A DNA stretch of 55,420 bases from Candidatus Falkowbacteria bacterium (GCA_012800315.1 JAAZJO010000015.1:1-55420), one strand, 5' to 3'. Counted from the stretch's first letter, positions 29,643 to 39,652 are shown. Numbers and translations are program-made. The notes: generated by a model not told the origin, from the sequence alone.

Positions 29643-32366
29643 TTATTGTCCACAACACTTTTTATATTTCTTGCCGCTCCCACAAGGACAAGGGTCGTTG
29701 CGGCCGACTTTCCCTCCATCTTCAGTTTTTATTTTTTCACGCACTAAATCAAGGGTATTGCGTTCCCCAGCCTGCTTATGCATCTCTTTTTGAGCACCAC
29801 TAAATTCTAATTTTGTTTCTGGTTCTTGAGCAAATTTATTTAAACCAAAATTATTTGCTATCGTTAAAGCTTCAGCTGTTTTAAAAATAGAATAAACTAC
29901 ATTTTTATTAATTGACTGATTAAGCCCTTGATATAAGTGCCAAGCTTCTTTTTTATATTCCACTAACGGATCACGTTGACCATAACCACGCAAGCCAATA
30001 CCACGACGTAAATAACTAATTGTCTCTAAGTGCTCAACCCAAAGCTGATCAATCGCCCGAATAAGTATTCCCTTTTCAATTTCCTTAAATTCAATATTAG
30101 CTGCCTTAAATCTTTCTGGTAAAGTCGCATAAACTTCTTTGGCTGCCGAAATTAAATATTCAATCATCTTTTCCTTAGCGGCCACCTTGTCATTAGCTCC
30201 ATCAGCCACTAATTCCTCCAACTTAATTTTTAAATCTTCTTTTGGTGACCAAATTGTACGCATGGTCTCAGCAATTTCTTTAATATTCCACTCTTTAACA
30301 TCATCAGCCGCTGTGTGAAAATGAACTACAGCCGTAATTTCTGAACTAATCATTTCTGTAATGATCATTGATAAAGTTTTCGGCTCTACTCCCTCAGTCA
30401 CTTCCGCCACACCTTCAGTAATTTCTAAAATCTCCCGACGACGGCGATAAATAGCTAAACGATGCTTATTAATCACATCATCATATTCAACCAAGTGCTT
30501 TCTGATATCAAAATTATTCCCCTCAACTTTCTTTTGAGCAGATTCAATTGATTTAGAGATCATTTTATTTTCAATCGGCATATCTTCCGGCACTCTCAAA
30601 GTCAACATTAAATTTTTCATTCTATCACCACCAAAAATACGCATTAAATCATCTTCAGTAGAAACATAAAACTGAGAAGAACCAGGATCGCCCTGACGTC
30701 CAGCTCGGCCTCTTAACTGATTATCAATTCGGCGTGATTCATGACGCTCAGTGCCAATAACATGTAGTCCACCTAAAGCTCGCACTTCCGCCTGCTCCTC
30801 TTTGATCGGCGGATTACCACCTAAAATAATATCCACACCACGTCCAGCCATATTAGTGGCTAAAGTAATCGCCCCCTTACGTCCAGCCTGAGCAATAATT
30901 TCAGCTTCTCGTTGATGATTTTTCGCATTCAACATTTGTGGCTTAAGTCCTTCACGCTCCATCATCTCGGCTAAAAGCTCATTTTTCTCAATAGAAATAG
31001 TGCCAACTAAAACTGGCTGACCTTTAGCACTCCGTTCTTTAACATCACGAATAACTGCTTTAAATTTACCTTCTTCGGTACGATAAATTAAATCATTATC
31101 ATCTTGGCGAATATTAGGTTTATTGGTTGGAATAACAATCGTATCTAAATTATAAATTTTATGAAACTCCTCCGCCTCTGTTGCTGCCGTACCAGTCATA
31201 CCAGACAATTTTTTATATAAACGAAATAAGTTTTGAAAAGTAATCGTGGCCATGGTTTGTGATTCTTTTTGTACTTTCACTCCCTCCTTAGCCTCAATCG
31301 CTTGGTGTAAACCTTCACTATAGCGACGACCTGGCATTAAACGCCCCGTAAATTCATCAACAATAATAATTTCCCCATCCTTAACTACATAATCCTTATC
31401 TTTCTTAAATAACACATTAGCCTTTAGGGCCTCCTCTAAATGATGCACCTCATTTACACTACCTTCTACATAAATATTGCCCAGACCCAACATCTTTTCT
31501 ACCTTAGCAATCCCCGCCTCAGTTAAAGTAGCCGCTCGCATTTTTTCATCAACATTATAATCTTCATTTTCTTGTAAATTTCTAACTAACTGAGCATATT
31601 TAACATATTTATCAGTTGACTCTTCAGCTGGCGCAGAAATAATTAACGGCGTGCGTGCTTCATCAATTAAAATAGAGTCAATTTCATCAACAATCGCATA
31701 ATTAAGCGGACGTTGCACAGTCTGGTTCAAGCTATAAACCATATTGTCGCGCAAATAATCAAAACCAAATTCATTATTAGTGCCATAAGTAATATCACAA
31801 GCATAAGCTTCACGGCGCGGGATTTTCTTAAAATGTTTTAAGCGCTCATCATATTGACTTTCATCAGTATAGTCCGGATCATAAACAAAGGCGCTATCAT
31901 GGACAATCACACCAGTGCTTAATCCTAAAGAATAAAAAACTGGCGCCATCCAACCAGCTCCCAAGCGAGCCAAATAATCATTAACAGTAATTAAGTGAAC
32001 ACCCTTCCCCTCAAGCGCATTTAAATATAACGGTAAAGTAGCCACCAAGGTTTTTCCCTCACCAGTTTTCATTTCCGCAATTTGGCCACGATGTAAAACA
32101 ATACCACCAATCATCTGCACATCAAAATGACGTTGATTTAAAATACGACGTGCTGCCTCACGCATCACGGCATAAGCTTCCGGTAAAAGATCATCCAGTG
32201 TTTCACCATTAGCTAAACGTTCTTTGAAAAAAGCCGACTTAGCTTTTAAACCAGCTTCATCTAGTTTTTGCAACTCCGGCTCAAAACTAGCAATCTTTTC
32301 TAATATCGGTTTCATGGCCTTAATTACCTTTTCGTTCGCATCGCCAAAAATACTAAATAATTTCAT
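29643..32366 (-). CDS. secA: Preprotein translocase ATPase SecA
   Basis: EMKTGEGKT, DEIDSILIDEARTPL, ATNMAGRG.DI, QLRGRAGRQGD, GRNDPCPCGSGKKYK. Confidence 0.99.
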   Translation of the reverse strand: MKLFSIFGDANEKVIKAMKPILEKIASFEPELQKLDEAGLKAKSAFFKERLANGETLDDLLPEAYAVMREAARRILNQRHFDVQMIGGIVLHRGQIAEMKTGEGKTLVATLPLYLNALEGKGVHLITVNDYLARLGAGWMAPVFYSLGLSTGVIVHDSAFVYDPDYTDESQYDERLKHFKKIPRREAYACDITYGTNNEFGFDYLRDNMVYSLNQTVQRPLNYAIVDEIDSILIDEARTPLIISAPAEESTDKYVKYAQLVRNLQENEDYNVDEKMRAATLTEAGIAKVEKMLGLGNIYVEGSVNEVHHLEEALKANVLFKKDKDYVVKDGEIIIVDEFTGRLMPGRRYSEGLHQAIEAKEGVKVQKESQTMATITFQNLFRLYKKLSGMTGTAATEAEEFHKIYNLDTIVIPTNKPNIRQDDNDLIYRTEEGKFKAVIRDVKERSAKGQPVLVGTISIEKNELLAEMMEREGLKPQMLNAKNHQREAEIIAQAGRKGAITLATNMAGRGVDIILGGNPPIKEEQAEVRALGGLHVIGTERHESRRIDNQLRGRAGRQGDPGSSQFYVSTEDDLMRIFGGDRMKNLMLTLRVPEDMPIENKMISKSIESAQKKVEGNNFDIRKHLVEYDDVINKHRLAIYRRRREILEITEGVAEVTEGVEPKTLSMIITEMISSEITAVVHFHTAADDVKEWNIKEIAETMRTIWSPKEDLKIKLEELVADGANDKVAAKEKMIEYLISAAKEVYATLPERFKAANIEFKEIEKGILIRAIDQLWVEHLETISYLRRGIGLRGYGQRDPLVEYKKEAWHLYQGLNQSINKNVVYSIFKTAEALTIANNFGLNKFAQEPETKLEFSGAQKEMHKQAGERNTLDLVREKIKTEDGGKVGRNDPCPCGSGKKYKKCCGQ

Positions 32367-32504
32367 ATATTTTAAAATTTAATTTATCTAATATTACAAA
32401 AAATAAACCAGACATAAAGATGCCTTGCTAACTAATATTAGTATAATACGTTTTCTTAAGAAAATAAATATTGACGATTATGTAAATAAATTGTGATAAC
32501 TTAT

Positions 32505-32535
32505 AAAAAGCCGTTTTTTGACCAAACGGCTTTTT
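32505..32535. terminator. Rho-independent terminator downstream of hpf, symmetric A/T tails
   Basis: AAAAAGCCGTTT-TTTGACC-AAACGGCTTTTT. Confidence 0.85.
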
Positions 32536-32563
32536 AAATATTTTTTAAATTTTTTAACTAATT

Positions 32564-32878
32564 TTAATTTCTGTCTGCTGATTTTTCCTTATATTTTTTA
32601 ATTACCTCGGCCAAATGATCTTTAACCTTATCAATCGCCTTATATAAATCCTTTTCTGTTTTCTCTACCCGCAAGATTTCTCTCGGCACTTCCAGATTAG
32701 CTTCTGCACGAAAAATATCTCCCTTACGCTGATTACCACGAATTCTTTCAACCTCAACATCACAATTAAGTACCTGGATATCACCTAGATATTTTTCCAA
32801 CATATCCATTTTTGTTTGGCAATATTCACGAATCGCCTCAGTTAATTCTAAACGTGTTGCTTTAATTTTGATGTTCAT
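32564..32878 (-). CDS. raiA: Ribosome hibernation factor (short HPF/RaiA)
   Basis: MNIKI....ELT.AIR.Y...K, DLY.AID; 104 aa; upstream of secA. Confidence 0.92.
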   Translation of the reverse strand: MNIKIKATRLELTEAIREYCQTKMDMLEKYLGDIQVLNCDVEVERIRGNQRKGDIFRAEANLEVPREILRVEKTEKDLYKAIDKVKDHLAEVIKKYKEKSADRN

Positions 32879-32889
32879 ATTTTTTATAT

Positions 32890-34056
32890 TTATTTAATAA
32901 CTAATTTAGCAATATCTTTATAAGTAATAAAAAGCACTAAAGCAATTAATAAAAAGAAACCGATATTATGAATAACATTTTCCATTTCCCGCTTAACTGG
33001 ACTCCCCTTAATCCTTTCAATAATTAAAAACAATAATCTCCCACCGTCTAGCGCTGGAAAAGGTAAAATATTAATCACCGCTAAATTTAAAGATAGAAGA
33101 GCGATAAATTGCAGTAGATAAATAAAGCCTTCGCGTGCCGCCTGCCCCGTGATATTAGCGATGCCAACTGGTCCAGCAAATTGATCAGCCACTGATTGTC
33201 CATCAAAAATACTGGAAAGTAAATTGCCAAAAGCGACAAAAATTTCTTTAGTCAACCAGCCAGTCGTCTTTGCTCCCTCAACAATCGCCGAGAAAAAAGG
33301 ATAGCGAATTAAGGCTGAGGCATAAATACCCACACCAATAGTTGCGCGTGAACCGCTTTGAATAGTTGGGGTGACCATAATTTTTTCTTCCTGATTGTCT
33401 CTTCTGACCAATAACTCTGTATCTAAACCATCGTTAGCTGCTATAGCGTCTTGCAAAGCAACTTCTGTACCGACCGCTTCACCATTAACAGCTAAAATAG
33501 CGTCTCCCACTTTTAATCCAGCGCTTTCCGCTGGTGAATCAGGCAAAACCGCTGAAAGCATCACACTTGATTCAGTGATAATTGCTTTTGGACCAGCCAT
33601 ATCAGTGGACTGCGGCAAACCAAACATATAGCCAAGCGAAAACAATAACCAAGCAAGCACGACATTCATTAAAACACCCGCCACTAAAATAATGGCTCTC
33701 TGCCAAATTTTCTTAGCAGCGAAACTATCAGCCTCACCTTGTCCTTCCCCGTTCTCCCCTTTAATTTTTACAAAGCCCCCTAAGGGCAACCAATTTAAAG
33801 AATAAAGTGTTGCTTTCTCAGCTGGGCGAACATTTTCATCAAGACTAGTTTCTAAATTTTCAACTGGCTGATTATTAAATAGCCACACTCTCTTCCCGCG
33901 TCTATTTTTATAAAACCCCAAAATACGTGGCGGAAAACCAAAACCAAACTCCTCCGCTCTAACACCAAAAAGACGAGCGGTAAAAAAATGGCCAGCCTCA
34001 TGAGCAAAAACTATCACTGACAAAACGATAATAAAGATAAGAATCGTTGAAAACAT
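32890..34056 (-). CDS. rseP: RIP metalloprotease RseP (M50 plus PDZ)
   Basis: HEAGH, FGFGF, PLGGFVKI.G, PDZ SPA..AGL..GD, NILPFPALDGG. Confidence 0.95.
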   Translation of the reverse strand: MFSTILIFIIVLSVIVFAHEAGHFFTARLFGVRAEEFGFGFPPRILGFYKNRRGKRVWLFNNQPVENLETSLDENVRPAEKATLYSLNWLPLGGFVKIKGENGEGQGEADSFAAKKIWQRAIILVAGVLMNVVLAWLLFSLGYMFGLPQSTDMAGPKAIITESSVMLSAVLPDSPAESAGLKVGDAILAVNGEAVGTEVALQDAIAANDGLDTELLVRRDNQEEKIMVTPTIQSGSRATIGVGIYASALIRYPFFSAIVEGAKTTGWLTKEIFVAFGNLLSSIFDGQSVADQFAGPVGIANITGQAAREGFIYLLQFIALLSLNLAVINILPFPALDGGRLLFLIIERIKGSPVKREMENVIHNIGFFLLIALVLFITYKDIAKLVIK

Positions 34057-34080
34057 AAATTATTTTTTTATTATCGTTTA

Positions 34081-34635
34081 TTAAATCTCCATGATATCGG
34101 TCTCTTTACGATCACGAATTTGTTTTAATTCATCATTTTTCTTAGCTGAAAACTCATCTAATTCTTTCATGAATCTAAACTTATCATCTTCGCTAATTTC
34201 TTTATTATTAAAAGCAGCTTCTAGTAAATCTTTTACACCCTCACGCGCTTGACGTAAAATAACTCGCGCTTTTTCCATTTTTTCATTTAAAGTTTTTACC
34301 AAGGCTTTTCTATTTTCTTCAGTTAAAGCCGGAACAGTTAAGCGAATTTTGTCGCCTTCATTAGCCACGCCAAAACCAAGACCGGCATCAATAATTGCTT
34401 TCTCAATTGCTTTCGCCACCGATTTATCCCAAGGAACAATAATAATGCTGCGCGCATCAGAAACGGCAATATTGCCAACCGCATTAATTGGGTTCATTAC
34501 ACCATAGGCCTCAACTTGCACATTATCAAGCACTGCCGGGTTAGCACGTCCCGTTCTTAAAGTGGCAATATCTTTCTTAAAGAAATCTAAAGCATTAGTG
34601 AAGTCATCTTGTTTTTTCTGTAAAAATTCATTCAT
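34081..34635 (-). CDS. frr: Ribosome recycling factor
   Basis: LRTGRANP, PWD, P.LTEE.R..L.K, ISEDD. Confidence 0.97.
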   Translation of the reverse strand: MNEFLQKKQDDFTNALDFFKKDIATLRTGRANPAVLDNVQVEAYGVMNPINAVGNIAVSDARSIIIVPWDKSVAKAIEKAIIDAGLGFGVANEGDKIRLTVPALTEENRKALVKTLNEKMEKARVILRQAREGVKDLLEAAFNNKEISEDDKFRFMKELDEFSAKKNDELKQIRDRKETDIMEI

Positions 34636-34668
34636 ATAATTTATTTAATTAACAATTAATTTATTTTT

Positions 34669-35784
34669 TTATTTTTCTAATTTTCTAGTTCCCAAATAAA
34701 TAATATTCGGATTCTTGTAATCAATCAACAAATCTCGTCCAGCTCGCTTGGTCGGCAAATTCTTTGAAGTCCAAGTAACTCCACCATCTATAGATTTTAT
34801 AAAAGCGGTGTTCGTTACATAATATATTTCATCAGAATTTTCTGGATTAACCGCAATCGCATTAATGACTGCATCTTTTTCTGTTTGAATCAAATTAAGA
34901 TTCTCCCAGGTCATGCCATTATCTGCTGAACGCAAAATAACTTTTTCAGTCGCCAAAAAAATCAGATTATCTTTCTTGTTAATAATTAAATCTCTAAAAT
35001 ACGGACCGGGATTGAATGACTCTAAAGCGGTATTAATATCAGTCCAATTTTCTACTTGAAAATTAGCGTCTATATCTGCTGAGGCAACCGCATTAGTGTT
35101 AGTGTTAGAATTAAAACTATAAATCTTACCCCGGTTAGTAGCTACAAAAATTAAACGGCTATCCAGTGGCGAAATAACTAATCGCAAAACTCCATCATTT
35201 AAACGATGAATAGTCCGCCAAGAAGCTCCACCATCTATACTTTTAATAATATCACCGCGACTAGTTCCTAAATAAATATTTCTAGTATTGTAATGGTCAA
35301 TAGCGATTGATCTAACAAGCACACTGGTATTGCTATCAAAATAGATCTGTGTCCAGGAACGTGAACAATCATCAGAACGATAAACTTGATTGCCAATGGC
35401 CGCATAAATTATACATTTTGACTTCGGATCAACTTTCACATCATTAATTGTTGTTCTTGGTAAACCAGAAACAGCACGCCAACCTTCAGTGATATTATAA
35501 GTATAATATAAACCTCGCTCAATACTTGCTAAATAGATTGCTTGACTGTCCTGCGGATCCATGGACATTAAATTAACATTAATATCAGCGATACTTCCTG
35601 GACGAGCAGCCACACTTGGCACAGCGGTTAATAATTTCCAAGTATTGCCTTTATCGCTACTGGCAAAAACACTACCATCAACCGTCTGCGATTTAGAAGA
35701 GGTGCTAGTTGAAAATGAACAGGCAGAAGTAATTAACATCACAGCCACCAGAGTTAAAATCAATTTAAAAGATTTGTTAAACAT
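34669..35784 (-). CDS. Putative lipoprotein with Asp-box/BNR beta-propeller repeats
   Basis: Lipobox-like ITSAC after a hydrophobic stretch; S.D.G.TW repeats (SSDKGNTW, SDDCSRSW, SIDGGASW, SADNGMTW, SIDGGVTW). Confidence 0.85.
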   Translation of the reverse strand: MFNKSFKLILTLVAVMLITSACSFSTSTSSKSQTVDGSVFASSDKGNTWKLLTAVPSVAARPGSIADINVNLMSMDPQDSQAIYLASIERGLYYTYNITEGWRAVSGLPRTTINDVKVDPKSKCIIYAAIGNQVYRSDDCSRSWTQIYFDSNTSVLVRSIAIDHYNTRNIYLGTSRGDIIKSIDGGASWRTIHRLNDGVLRLVISPLDSRLIFVATNRGKIYSFNSNTNTNAVASADIDANFQVENWTDINTALESFNPGPYFRDLIINKKDNLIFLATEKVILRSADNGMTWENLNLIQTEKDAVINAIAVNPENSDEIYYVTNTAFIKSIDGGVTWTSKNLPTKRAGRDLLIDYKNPNIIYLGTRKLEK

Positions 35785-35790
35785 ATATTT

Positions 35791-36789
35791 CTATAAATTA
35801 ATAATTAATTGTTCAAGAATTAAACGTGGATTAACATTCGCATTTAGATATTCTTTCGCTTGGGCAAGCAGTTTTAAGCAATTAAGCAGCCCCACTGCTT
35901 TGATACCATTCTCTTCAGGAAAATCAAGTAAAATTTTTTGTAAAGAATCTCGTAAAACTTGGTGCTGCAATAAATTCTCCTGCCCTAAAGACAGCAGCAA
36001 TAAATCACGCAATAAAGCTTCAAGCATCATAATTATTTCTAAAGCACTAGCCACCGCCTGACGACTATAAGTTTTATCAGCAAAAAGGCTGTCTAATATT
36101 TGTAAACGACCGTTTGTATCTGCCTTAAAAATTTCTAAAATCTTTTCCGCTTTTTCTAAATATTTTTTATATTCTTCCGGATTTTCTAAATAATAAATGG
36201 CTCGTAACGGCCGACCCAGCGCTAAAAAACTTAAATCTTTAGCCAATGAACGATTAGCGCCATAATGATCAATTAAATAATCATAGATTGTCGGCGCTGG
36301 CACTGGATAAAAATAAAGTTTTTGCCCCCGTGATAAAATAGTAGCTGGTAAATTCTCTTCAGAATTAACTAAGAGTATAATCACCACTTTATCCCGCGGC
36401 TCTTCTAAAGTTTTTAACAAAGCGCTTTTAGCCTCCTCACTTAATAAGTCCGCCTCTTTTATTATACCGACTTTATAAGAATCAAGGAAAGAGCTAAGGT
36501 TTAACATCTTAATAAACTCTCTAACCGCCTCAATGCTAATATTTTTTTTATCTGCCTCCGGACTTAAAATATATAAATCACTATTCAACCCCTCATAATT
36601 TCCTTGGAGATTACGCGCAAAAGCAAGCGCAATAGTTGACTTTCCTAATTCCTCCGAACCAATAAAAATATAAGTCTGAGCTAATTTGCCACTTTTTAAA
36701 CTTTTATTCAAAAAATTAATCACCTTCTCATTGCCAATATTAGGCCAGGAATATTTAGCAGTAGTTAGTTTAGATACAGACTTAAGCAT
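35791..36789 (-). CDS. holB: DNA polymerase III delta-prime subunit
   Basis: YIFIG...LGK, ISIE.VR, KV.II..AD.L...A..ALLKTLEEP, TILSR. Confidence 0.88.
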   Translation of the reverse strand: MLKSVSKLTTAKYSWPNIGNEKVINFLNKSLKSGKLAQTYIFIGSEELGKSTIALAFARNLQGNYEGLNSDLYILSPEADKKNISIEAVREFIKMLNLSSFLDSYKVGIIKEADLLSEEAKSALLKTLEEPRDKVVIILLVNSEENLPATILSRGQKLYFYPVPAPTIYDYLIDHYGANRSLAKDLSFLALGRPLRAIYYLENPEEYKKYLEKAEKILEIFKADTNGRLQILDSLFADKTYSRQAVASALEIIMMLEALLRDLLLLSLGQENLLQHQVLRDSLQKILLDFPEENGIKAVGLLNCLKLLAQAKEYLNANVNPRLILEQLIINL

Positions 36790-36791
36790 AA

Positions 36792-39479
36792 TTATTCAGC
36801 GGAGCTTATTAAATTTAAATTACCCGTACTCACTCCCAATCCGAGATTAGTCATAATGTTAAAAGCATCAAGCGGACGCCCCAGATAATATAATTTTAAA
36901 TTATTTGGATTAAAATAATAAGCCTTGCCACTATCTTCTGGTTTAAGCAATATACGCCCAGCTAAACGTTTCCAGGAATTCGGATTTTTTTCTATTGAAT
37001 TAAAATTAACATTAGATACACCTAGAGCTAATTTTTTCATTAAACTAAAAGCATTGTCTGGACTGCCTAAACTATATTTTTTTCCATTAACCGGATTAAC
37101 ATACCAGGCCTGGCCCTTATCCTCAACTTGTAATAAAATTCTACCTTTCAATCTCTCCGCTAATGGAGAGTTCACTGCCGAAGATCCAGAAGATGAGCCA
37201 GAAGATGAGCTAACAGATGAAGCAGTGGCTACGACCGCATCCGCATCCGCTGCTCGTGATAAAGAAAAGCTAGTCTTCCCAGCTAAAGAATATTTAGCGA
37301 CTGAGGATAAATTAACTGTATACGGTGTAGCATTTTTTGCGTAAAAAGCTTGACCATATTCAATCGTAGAGCCAGAAGAAGATGAGCCAGAGGATTTAGT
37401 TGAACTAGTATAAGAAACTAAATATGGACCAGCCGCTAAAGCCAAAGAAGCTCTCCCGTTAGTTAACTTAATTGTGCCAGCCGATGAACCTTTATAATAA
37501 GTTCCCTGGTTTCCAGTTAAATAATATAACTTTAAAGAAGTAATATCAGTTGGCGCCTTAAAAGTTATTAAACTATATTTTAACTCTTTTAATTTTTTAC
37601 TAGAATCAACCGAAACATTCCAAAACTTTTGCTGATTCCCTAAATCATCAGTCGTCACTAACGCATATTTTCCCTCTTGATATTCAAAAGAAAATTGACC
37701 GCTCGCATTTGTTTTAGTGGTAAATAATTTATTACCTAAATTATAATACCCATTATTCTCTTTCTGCTCATATAACATTATTGTTTTATTAGTGAGCAAG
37801 CGCCCCTGAGCATCACTCAATTCACCAGTGATACCACTAAAAGAAGAATCAAAATTATAATCCCGATCGGCCGCCATTTGAATGTTATAGAAATTTTTTA
37901 CATTACCATTTGTATCCTTGGTACTTAAAACATAAATCCCCGATTGAGCCTCATTATAAGCATCATAAGATGGAACAAAAATAGTCGCCCGACCAGCCGA
38001 ATCAGTCTTTAAGTTAGCAATTAAATCGCTAGAACTAAAAGTCGGCTGACCATCAATATCAAATTTTTGCTCATATAAAGAAAAAGCATAATTATATTTT
38101 GGCGAACCAGACGAATCACGTAAAACAATATTTAAAGACGGTAAATTACGGACAATCGTTCGCTCACTCCCACAAGTAAATTTAGCCACATTAAAAATTG
38201 AGAAAACTCCTTTATCTTTATTTTTATCCCAAACTTTTAAGGCATAAGTTAAGGCTGTGTTTGGTTTAAAAGAAACGGTTGCCTGCCCATAGGCATCAGT
38301 TTTCCCAGCCGCTACTTCCTTTGCTCCGATAGTTGGCAGACCATTAATGCTTGTTCCTTGCTCATAAACCTTAAAACTCAAATTAGCGGCCGCAGCGCCA
38401 GACATATCTTTCAAAACAATTTTTAATTTTGACTCAGTGGCACAATTAGTAGTGGTGTTGCCAGAAGAAGAAGTTTCCGTGTCCTTAAGAGTTAAAGTAG
38501 AATCAGAAGTTAAACCAGCTAAAACATAAATATTCCAAAAAATTTGATATTCATTACCAACTTTTACCCGCACAGCATAATCCCCTTCTGACACCTCTAA
38601 ACTACCGTAACCATTCGTGCCGGTAGTTAGGGTGCCTACCCTTTTGCCCAGTTCTTCATTACCAGCGCTACTCACCTGCTTGGTGTATACTTCTGCCGTT
38701 AAGCCAGTGACTACTGAGCCATTGGCATATTTAAAACGTAAACGTAAATTACCAGACCCAAAACCAATGCGTGACATTTCTTGATCAACTACCCGAATAT
38801 TATAACGATAAGTATTTACTCCTTTATAAGTTGTTTTTAAAACATAATAATCTTTTTGGTTACTAATTCCCCGCAAACTGCCTTGAGGTAAATAAAGACG
38901 ATAATGGCCAGCCGCATTAGGTGTAAAAGTACCTAAAAGCTCATTAGTCGCTTCTTGTATTTCGTCATCAACATCATAAAGCTGAGTATAAACACTAAAA
39001 TTAACATCCGTTAAAGCATTACCAACAGCATCCGAAAAAACAAGCTCTACCCCACTCAAAGTTTCCTCAACAGTTACCGTTTCACCGCAAGAAAAATTAT
39101 AATCATAAAAATAAAAACTAGCCGAGTCTTTAGCAATAGTCCGCATCCTGATTGCATAAGTAGCTGATTCCGCTTCTCTGTTAGTAAAAGAAATGGAAGC
39201 AATTCCTAAAGTAGCATCAGTTGTGCCGCCTCCTACTCTAACTCCCGGTTTTTTTTGACCATCAGCGTCCACTGTTTGCTTATAAATATCCACGCTCACC
39301 TTCGGAATATACTCACCGTTAGCATCCCGCGCAACTACCTTGACCTTAGTCGCTTCTCGGCAAACCGTCTCAGCAGCCTTAACTGAATCAGGGCAAAATA
39401 AGAAAAAGGCAAAAATAAACAAAAAAGATAAACTTAATTTAAAAATCCTTGATTGAAACATTTTATTTAAAATTAGCAT
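36792..39479 (-). CDS. Large exported repeat protein (tandem beta-sandwich domains, Ser linker, duplicated C-terminal module)
   Basis: Signal peptide ending VKA; about 6 repeats of D..G......Y.Q.....G......T...G; SSSSGSSSGSS linker; two GRILL..E..G.A.Y.NP units. Confidence 0.8.
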   Translation of the reverse strand: MLILNKMFQSRIFKLSLSFLFIFAFFLFCPDSVKAAETVCREATKVKVVARDANGEYIPKVSVDIYKQTVDADGQKKPGVRVGGGTTDATLGIASISFTNREAESATYAIRMRTIAKDSASFYFYDYNFSCGETVTVEETLSGVELVFSDAVGNALTDVNFSVYTQLYDVDDEIQEATNELLGTFTPNAAGHYRLYLPQGSLRGISNQKDYYVLKTTYKGVNTYRYNIRVVDQEMSRIGFGSGNLRLRFKYANGSVVTGLTAEVYTKQVSSAGNEELGKRVGTLTTGTNGYGSLEVSEGDYAVRVKVGNEYQIFWNIYVLAGLTSDSTLTLKDTETSSSGNTTTNCATESKLKIVLKDMSGAAAANLSFKVYEQGTSINGLPTIGAKEVAAGKTDAYGQATVSFKPNTALTYALKVWDKNKDKGVFSIFNVAKFTCGSERTIVRNLPSLNIVLRDSSGSPKYNYAFSLYEQKFDIDGQPTFSSSDLIANLKTDSAGRATIFVPSYDAYNEAQSGIYVLSTKDTNGNVKNFYNIQMAADRDYNFDSSFSGITGELSDAQGRLLTNKTIMLYEQKENNGYYNLGNKLFTTKTNASGQFSFEYQEGKYALVTTDDLGNQQKFWNVSVDSSKKLKELKYSLITFKAPTDITSLKLYYLTGNQGTYYKGSSAGTIKLTNGRASLALAAGPYLVSYTSSTKSSGSSSSGSTIEYGQAFYAKNATPYTVNLSSVAKYSLAGKTSFSLSRAADADAVVATASSVSSSSGSSSGSSAVNSPLAERLKGRILLQVEDKGQAWYVNPVNGKKYSLGSPDNAFSLMKKLALGVSNVNFNSIEKNPNSWKRLAGRILLKPEDSGKAYYFNPNNLKLYYLGRPLDAFNIMTNLGLGVSTGNLNLISSAE
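37186..37209. repeat. 12-bp tandem repeat encoding the Ser/Gly linker
   Basis: CCAGAAGATGAG twice; related copy near 37371-37390. Confidence 0.6.
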
Positions 39480-39551
39480 AATTAAACCTAAAATAAAGAC
39501 ATTAATATAATTAAATCGCCTTTATTCCTTAAATATTTCTATAATAATATA

Positions 39552-39629
39552 ATTATAACATATTTTTAAAAAAATGAAGCATAACTTTAGGTGATTCTCA
39601 TTGATTTTTTAAACTGATATTGCTATATT
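39552..39629. promoter_or_regulatory. Divergent promoters for the surface-protein gene and the glycan-initiation operon
   Basis: Minus strand TGtTATAAT (39560-39552); plus strand TTGATT (39601-39606), 17 bp, TATATT (39624-39629) with TGn extension. Confidence 0.55.
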
Positions 39630-39652
39630 AAAAGTATTAAATTAATAAAAAT

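Noticed and set aside
32491-32501. DnaA-box-like TTGTGATAAC suggesting oriC
   Set aside because: A single imperfect match with no box cluster, no dnaA/dnaN and no change in gene orientation.
39480-39652. JUMPstart/ops element upstream of the polysaccharide operon
   Set aside because: No GGCGGTAG-like sequence is present.
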